Assembly (NCBI GenBank): GCA_963751345.1
Contig: CAVVUS010000005.1
Location: 1 to 11,855, forward strand
Source: an uncultured Chloroflexia bacterium
GTDB taxonomy: Bacteria > Chloroflexota > Anaerolineae > B4-G1 > SLSP01
DNA: 11,855 nt
Direction: 5' to 3'
The translations under genes were made by a program, and so were the position numbers. Below are positions 6,836 to 11,855 of this stretch, piece by piece. Each line of letters begins with the position of its first letter. Position 1 is the first letter of the stretch. The notes under the pieces were generated by a model, which worked only from the letters and a program-made list of their open reading frames with translations, had not been told where the DNA came from and did not search any database.

Positions 6836-7309
6836 ATGAACAGAAAACACGTGATCGCCTACACCGATGGCAGCGCGCTCGGGAACCCCGGACCGGGCGG
6901 CTACGGTGTCATCCTCCAGCACGGGGACTACGAAAGAGAACTATCCGGCGGGTTCCGGCACACAACCAACAATCGGATGGAGATTCTGGCAGCCATCGAG
7001 GCGCTGAAAGCCCTAAAGGAACCCTGTCAGGTGACCCTGCACACGGACTCGCAGTATCTGGTGAACGCGATGACCAAGGGCTGGGCGGAACGGTGGCGCG
7101 CCAACGGCTGGATGCGCAACAAGAAAGAGCCCGCGCTCAACCCCGATCTCTGGGAGGAACTGCTCCGTCTATGCAAAGTGCACCAGGTGGCCTTTGTCTG
7201 GGTTCGTGGCCACGCGGGGAATCACCGGAACGAACGATGTGACGTCCTGGCGAAGGAGGCCGCTCAACAGCCGGATCTCCCGCCGGATGTCGGATACAAG
7301 CAAGGGTGA
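6836..7309 (+). CDS. rnhA: Ribonuclease HI
   Basis: [33 protein letters not shown] and WVRGHAG-x-x-x-NERCD-x-LA. All four catalytic acidic residues (D, E, D, D) and the His are present. Confidence 0.97.
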   Translation: MNRKHVIAYTDGSALGNPGPGGYGVILQHGDYERELSGGFRHTTNNRMEILAAIEALKALKEPCQVTLHTDSQYLVNAMTKGWAERWRANGWMRNKKEPALNPDLWEELLRLCKVHQVAFVWVRGHAGNHRNERCDVLAKEAAQQPDLPPDVGYKQG

Positions 7310-7311
7310 TG

Positions 7312-7354
7312 GCCTTCCGGGAAGCTGTGCGTGCCGCACAGCTTCCCGGAAGGC
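7312..7354. repeat. Perfect 20-bp inverted repeat (hairpin) immediately after rnhA
   Basis: GCCTTCCGGGAAGCTGTGCG-tgc-CGCACAGCTTCCCGGAAGGC. No U-tract directly follows. Confidence 0.8.
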
Positions 7355-7397
7355 TCCGATTGGTTTTCCAGAAGATCATCAAGGAGAGGAACCCCAT

Positions 7398-8147
7398 ATG
7401 CCAGATAACAAGAGCGATCGTGAGTCTCTGAAAAGCAAGCTATGGTCAGAGTTCGGGAGGATGGGCACCGACCAGCAGAAGCGCCTCCCCCATCCCCCGT
7501 TGGAGCAGCCGTTCGCTGCCGACCTGCCGCAGGTTGAGCTCGTGCCGCCGGACAAGTTCTCGGTCGGAACATTGTCGGTTCGCGAGGCCATCGCGCGCCG
7601 GCAAAGCCACCGCGCATATGCCGAGGAATCGCTGACGTTGGAGGAGCTCTCCTATCTCGTCTGGGCCACCCAGGGCGTCCACGGGACGTGGCGCGGCGGC
7701 GGTGCGCTACGCCGCACCGTCCCCTCAGCCGGCGCGCGCCACCCGTTTGAGACCTATCTGGTCGTCAACCGCGTCGAAGGATTGGAGACCGGTCTCTACC
7801 GCTATCTCTCGGTAGAGCACCGGCTGCTGCAGCTCGAGTTGGACCCGGAACTGCCGATGATGGCAGCGGCAGCCTGCAACGGTCAGACATTCATTGCGGC
7901 GACCGCCGTCACCTTCATCTGGACGGCGGTGCCCTACCGGACGGAGTGGCGTTACGGGGCGATGGCACCGAAGTTCGTCAGCATCGACGCCGGACACGTC
8001 TGCCAGAACCTCTATCTGGCTGCCGAGTCCATCGGCGCGGGTGTCTGCGCCATCGCCGCATACAACCAGAGCGAGTTGGACGCGCTGCTCGGCGTGGACG
8101 GGGAGGATGAGTTCGCCATCTACGTCGCGCCCGTGGGGAAGGTGTAG
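7398..8147 (+). CDS. SagB/ThcOx-family FMN-dependent dehydrogenase (nitroreductase superfamily), 249 aa
   Basis: AIARRQSHRAY, L-x-LEELS-x-L-x-WATQG, RTVPSAGARHPFETY, GLYRY, RTEWRYG and DAGHVCQNLYLAAE. RBS AAGGAGAGG before the ATG at 7398. The track extension to 7194 overlaps rnhA and the hairpin and is spurious. Confidence 0.9.
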   Translation: MPDNKSDRESLKSKLWSEFGRMGTDQQKRLPHPPLEQPFAADLPQVELVPPDKFSVGTLSVREAIARRQSHRAYAEESLTLEELSYLVWATQGVHGTWRGGGALRRTVPSAGARHPFETYLVVNRVEGLETGLYRYLSVEHRLLQLELDPELPMMAAAACNGQTFIAATAVTFIWTAVPYRTEWRYGAMAPKFVSIDAGHVCQNLYLAAESIGAGVCAIAAYNQSELDALLGVDGEDEFAIYVAPVGKV

Positions 8148-8151
8148 TCAG

Positions 8152-8187
8152 AAAAGACTGGACCAATCTCGGAAGATTGGTCCAGTC
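8152..8187 (-). terminator. Intrinsic terminator for fbaB, possibly bidirectional
   Basis: 14-bp perfect stem GACTGGACCAATCT / AGATTGGTCCAGTC with a 4-nt loop (8156-8187), followed by TTTT on the minus strand. It lies between convergent genes. Confidence 0.75.
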
Positions 8188-8207
8188 GCTTAGCCATGCA
8201 GGGATCG

Positions 8208-9284
8208 CTAGGCGATCGTTACCTCATCACAGAGATAGACATCCTGGATGGCGTTGAGCACCTCTACCCCCTGATCCATCGGCTTCTGGAAGGCCTTCCG
8301 CCCGCTGATCAGGCCTGTGCCTCCAGCGCGCTTATTGATGACCGCGGTGCGCACGGCCTGGACCAGGTCATTATCGCCCGAGGCGCCGCCTGAGTTGATG
8401 AGGCCGGAGCGCCCCATGTAGCAGTTGGCGAGCTGATAACGACAGAGATCGATGGGATGATCGGTCGTGAGCTCGGTATAGACCCGCTTGTCGATCTTGC
8501 CGTAGCTCGACTCACCCATGTTGAGCGCGGTGTAACCGCCGTTGAGTTCGGGCTGCTTCTGCTTGATGATGTCGGCCTCAATAGTCACGCCCAGGTGATT
8601 AGCCTGACCCGTCAGATCGGCGCTGACCGCGTAGTCTTTGCCGTCGCGCTTGAACGCGGAGTTCCGCAGATAGCACCAGAGCACCGTCGCCATACCCAGC
8701 TCGTGCGCTTTGTGGAAGGCCTTGCTCACATCCACGATCTGGCGTGCGGACTCTTCCGAACCGAAGTAGATCGTCGCGCCCACGGCGACGGCGCCCATAT
8801 CGAAGGCCTGGTCAATCTGAGCGAAGAAGATCTGGTCGAAGTGATTGGGATAGGTGAGCAGTTCGTTATGGTTGAACTTGACGATGAAGGGGATCTTGTG
8901 GGCGTACTTCCGGGCGCATGCGCCCAGGACCCCGAGCGTCGATGCGACCGCGTTGCAGCCCCCCGCCATCGCGAGTTCGACGATGTACGCGGGATCGAAG
9001 TAGATAGGGTTCGGCGCGAACGAGGCGCCGGCCGAGTGCTCGATGCCCTGATCAACGGGCAGGATGGACAGATAGCCGGTCCCGCCCAGGCGACCATGGT
9101 CGAAAAGGCTTTGGAGATTGCGCAGTACGGGTGTGGGCCGGTCGCTCAGCGCCACCACCCGGTCAACAAAATCGGGTCCCGGCAGATGCAGTTGCTCCTT
9201 GAGAATCGTCTCACACTTGTGCCCCAACAGCGAATCGGCCTCACTGCCCAACAGGTCCTGAATACCGGCGAATGTCATTGCCAT
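8208..9284 (-). CDS. fbaB: Fructose-bisphosphate aldolase class I (DhnA/FbaB type)
   Basis: [64 protein letters not shown] (Schiff-base Lys) and INKRAGG[11 protein letters not shown]. RBS GGGAGG. Confidence 0.96.
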   Translation of the reverse strand: MAMTFAGIQDLLGSEADSLLGHKCETILKEQLHLPGPDFVDRVVALSDRPTPVLRNLQSLFDHGRLGGTGYLSILPVDQGIEHSAGASFAPNPIYFDPAYIVELAMAGGCNAVASTLGVLGACARKYAHKIPFIVKFNHNELLTYPNHFDQIFFAQIDQAFDMGAVAVGATIYFGSEESARQIVDVSKAFHKAHELGMATVLWCYLRNSAFKRDGKDYAVSADLTGQANHLGVTIEADIIKQKQPELNGGYTALNMGESSYGKIDKRVYTELTTDHPIDLCRYQLANCYMGRSGLINSGGASGDNDLVQAVRTAVINKRAGGTGLISGRKAFQKPMDQGVEVLNAIQDVYLCDEVTIA

Positions 9285-9332
9285 TTTGTGCCTCCCGGCA
9301 GATAAGTGTGCCCTACAGCTTGTATGTCTGCT

Positions 9333-9361
9333 ATCTTAGTCCCCAATGATGGACTCAGCAA
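9333..9361 (-). promoter_or_regulatory. Putative internal promoter for fbaB (TTGCTG-17-TAAGAT)
   Basis: -35 at 9361-9356 and -10 at 9338-9333, within the 83-nt gap upstream of fbaB. Confidence 0.4.
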
Positions 9362-9367
9362 CCGATC

Positions 9368-10522
9368 TCACCCGATGCGATGGTCCTCGATATAGTCCCA
9401 ATCGATGTCGTATCCCATCCCCGGACCCTGGGGCACACTCACATAGCCCTGGTCGTCCATCGGATCGCATAACGTCTTGAGGTAGGGAGGGGGCGTGTTG
9501 CAGTCGACGCCGGGAGCGAGGAGCCCGCGCTCGTAATACTCGCACGTGTCCTCGCTCGTGGCCCCCAGGATCTGAAGGTTGCCGAAGCCACTCATGTGGA
9601 TCTCGCACCTGATACCGTACGCCTCGGCAACCGAGACCATCTTCTTGACGCCGGTGATCCCGCCGCGCAGGACGTCGATGCGCGTCATGTCCGAGGCGTC
9701 CCGCATGATCCAGTCGGCCCGTGTGTAGAGGCTGCCCTCCGCGATTTCCGGGGAGAGAATCGGGATGTCGAGCTCGCGCGCCAGTTTCTCATAGGCGTGG
9801 ACGCGATATTCGGGCATCGGATGCTCGTACCAGGCGAAATCCAGCTTCTCCAGCTCACGCCCTACCCACAGGGCCTCCTCATAGGTGCAGTAAGTGCCCC
9901 ACGGATCGAACATCAGTACCATGTCGTCACCGACGGCCTCCCTCACGGCGACACACGCCTCGACGTCGGCCTTGACGTGAGAGGGTCGCCCAGGGGTCGG
10001 CTCAAACGTCTTGGGGTCAGCGAAGTAATAGGGATGGATCTTGTACGCGTGATAGCCTTGTTTCCGGCAGGCGAGCGCGTGTGCGGCGTACTCCTCGGGA
10101 GTGCCCATATTGGGATAGGTGCTCGCGTAAGCCTTGACCTTGTCTCGACAACCGCCCAGGAGTTTGTAGATCGGGACACCAAAGTGCCGCGCCTGAAGAT
10201 CCCAGAGCGCCATATCAAGGGTGCTGAGGATATTCTCGGGGGTCTTGGAGACCCACATCCAGTGCCAGAACTTCTCGCGATCGAAGGGATCCTCTCCGAT
10301 CAACATCGAGCGAGCCTTCCCGAGGAGCGCAGCACGTTGATCCGGCAGCAGGCCGTCGCGGTCGCCGTGCCCGGACCCGCCGAAGTAGTAGCCCTCAGCG
10401 CCCTCATCGGTCGCGATCTTGGTCAGCGTCTGGAGCGTCGTGCCCTCCGTGATGAGCTCTCGGTTACGGAAAGCCTCACGCGGCACCTCAAAGGCAATGA
10501 CAGACACATCGGTGATTCTCAT
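9368..10522 (-). CDS. Mandelate racemase/muconate lactonizing enzyme family protein (enolase superfamily, probable acid-sugar dehydratase)
   Basis: N-terminal capping domain with TDEG-x-EG, LDMALWDL and PIYKLLGG..KVKAYAS. Metal ligands D (MFDPW), E (WYEHP) and E (SPEI), plus a C-terminal PQGPGMG. RBS AGGAGGTG. Confidence 0.9.
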   Translation of the reverse strand: MRITDVSVIAFEVPREAFRNRELITEGTTLQTLTKIATDEGAEGYYFGGSGHGDRDGLLPDQRAALLGKARSMLIGEDPFDREKFWHWMWVSKTPENILSTLDMALWDLQARHFGVPIYKLLGGCRDKVKAYASTYPNMGTPEEYAAHALACRKQGYHAYKIHPYYFADPKTFEPTPGRPSHVKADVEACVAVREAVGDDMVLMFDPWGTYCTYEEALWVGRELEKLDFAWYEHPMPEYRVHAYEKLARELDIPILSPEIAEGSLYTRADWIMRDASDMTRIDVLRGGITGVKKMVSVAEAYGIRCEIHMSGFGNLQILGATSEDTCEYYERGLLAPGVDCNTPPPYLKTLCDPMDDQGYVSVPQGPGMGYDIDWDYIEDHRIG

Positions 10523-10551
10523 CCCACACCTCCTGCGGTACTACGCGGTCG

Positions 10552-11604
10552 TTAGGGAACCAACAGCACCTTCGCGACCTTACCCGGGTCGCCGACGAGG
10601 CGTTCGAACCAGGCCCGCCCATCGCCCAGCGGTGCCTCTGTCGCCCATGGCCCGATGGCTATCACGCCCTCATCCAGAAGTGAGATCGCCTGGCTGACGT
10701 CCGACGGTGTGTAGCAGAAGCTGCCCTGGACGGTGATCTCGCCGCGGATGATGTCCGCCGCCGGCATGGCGCTCGTCTCCTCATGGAGGCCGCTCAACAG
10801 GACGAGGCCCGCTCGCTCGGTCGCCGAAACGCACTGCCTGCGCGTGACGGCCTTGCCGACCGCATCCAGGGCGCGACTCACGCCTTGGCCGCCCGTCTGG
10901 TCACGGACGTATGCGACGACATCCATCCGGGTGGGATCCATCGCGTTCGCGCCGAGGTCGCCCGCCATCGCCAGTCGCGCTGGGTTCGTATCTGAGACAA
11001 AGACACGCCCTGCACCCCGGTGCAGAAGGACCTGCAGCGTCAGCAGGCCGATCGTACCGGCGCCGACGATGAGGACGTCCCGGCCTTCGACCTCACCCAT
11101 CAACGCTGCGATGCGCACCGCGCAGGCCGTCGGCTCGGTCAGTGCCCCCGTTCGGAGGTCCATGGCGTCTGGTAGGGCGAAGACCATATGGGCCGGGGCG
11201 GCGACAAACTCGGCGAAAGCGCCGGGCCGGTGGGCACCGATCAGACTCCGGTGCAGGCACAGATGCTGGCGTCCTTCCCGGCAATACCGGCAGGTCCCAT
11301 CGTAGACCATTGGATCCACCGTCACCTTAGCGCCTACGGCCAGGTTGGGGTAGCCCGTCCGCACTTCGTCGCCGACTGCAGCAATACGGCCCGAGAACTC
11401 GTGACCCATAATCAGCGGGGGCACGCGCAGCGCATTGTGGCCCAGGTAGCCGCTCAGTTCGGACCCGCAGATGCCACAGTACGCGACCTCGACCAGCACC
11501 TCGTCGGGAGCCGCCGATGGCACCGGCTCATCGTGCAGGCTCATCTCGCGAGGCCCTTCCCAGACCAAGGCCTTCATCGTCTCTCGACGGAGCACATCAG
11601 ACAT
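10552..11604 (-). CDS. Zinc-dependent medium-chain dehydrogenase (sorbitol/galactitol-1-P/L-threonine dehydrogenase-like)
   Basis: CGICGSE, GHEFSG, structural-zinc loop D-x-x-C-x-x-C-x7-C, GAFAEF, LTEP and the Rossmann motif GAGTIG. RBS AAGGAGG before the ATG at 11604. Confidence 0.92.
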   Translation of the reverse strand: MSDVLRRETMKALVWEGPREMSLHDEPVPSAAPDEVLVEVAYCGICGSELSGYLGHNALRVPPLIMGHEFSGRIAAVGDEVRTGYPNLAVGAKVTVDPMVYDGTCRYCREGRQHLCLHRSLIGAHRPGAFAEFVAAPAHMVFALPDAMDLRTGALTEPTACAVRIAALMGEVEGRDVLIVGAGTIGLLTLQVLLHRGAGRVFVSDTNPARLAMAGDLGANAMDPTRMDVVAYVRDQTGGQGVSRALDAVGKAVTRRQCVSATERAGLVLLSGLHEETSAMPAADIIRGEITVQGSFCYTPSDVSQAISLLDEGVIAIGPWATEAPLGDGRAWFERLVGDPGKVAKVLLVP

Positions 11605-11640
11605 CGCGGCCTCCTTATCTTCGGTAGCTGTGTAGCGCCG

Positions 11641-11669
11641 ATTATGGAGAGGGGCGGGTACTTTGTCAA
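11641..11669 (-). promoter_or_regulatory. Near-consensus sigma70 promoter TTGACA-17-CATAAT for the dehydrogenase/enolase-family operon
   Basis: Perfect -35 (11669-11664), 17-nt spacer, and -10 CATAAT (11646-11641) about 36 nt upstream of the ATG. Confidence 0.75.
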
Positions 11670-11855
11670 GATTCGCGTAGGTGGACGACGCAGGCGGTAG
11701 AGCGGGCGAGATCCTGAGGCCGCGCTCAGGACAGGCTGCACGCGGTCCGAAATCGTACGCGTTCCCCCGGACCTCTGGAGTGACCGTTCAGGGTACCCTC
11801 CGTGGGACGTGGGCTACAACCCGGCACAACAGAAGCGCCCAAGACCTACGACACG

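Noticed and set aside
7398-8147. SagB/ThcOx dehydrogenase as a sign of an azole-containing RiPP cluster
   Set aside because: No YcaO/E1 cyclodehydratase, no convincing precursor peptide and no exporter nearby. Stand-alone members of this family are common. The 26-aa uORF lacks a leader/core layout.
8457-9305. 282-aa + strand ORF antisense to fbaB
   Set aside because: It is in exact codon register with fbaB and has no motifs, as expected for a GC-rich shadow ORF.
9596-10555. 319-aa + strand ORF antisense to the enolase-family gene
   Set aside because: Same-register antisense shadow with no recognisable domain.
11676-11850. 6S RNA (similar length, paired ends)
   Set aside because: Pairing does not extend beyond 7 bp into the long rod with a central bubble expected of 6S RNA.
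1-11855. CRISPR array, tRNA/rRNA, transposase, prophage or defence genes
   Set aside because: I found no regularly spaced direct repeats, cloverleaf signatures or matching protein motifs by eye.

Overview
GC-rich bacterial window made mostly of housekeeping and metabolic genes. The gene families and leaderless-type promoters are consistent with a Chloroflexota (Anaerolineae-like) genome, but that is inference only. On the + strand are a MalK/UgpC-type ABC ATPase and then a tightly coupled four-gene unit: a small DUF6992-like membrane protein, a tocopherol cyclase-family protein, a CruF/carotenoid-biosynthesis (PF04240-like) membrane protein, and a stand-alone pyruvate/oxaloacetate carboxyltransferase with no biotinyl domain. 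A LysM-LysM-CAP lipoprotein (-) is divergent from rnhA and a SagB/ThcOx-family nitroreductase (+). On the - strand, a Zn-dependent dehydrogenase and an enolase-superfamily (MR/MLE) enzyme precede class I aldolase fbaB. The main points of interest are the putative isoprenoid/lipid-modifying operon, a nearly symmetric divergent pair of leaderless promoters with an upstream 26-codon ORF, GTAG-type REP/REPIN-like repeats, and a perfect 20-bp hairpin after rnhA. I saw no CRISPR array, tRNA, rRNA or transposase.
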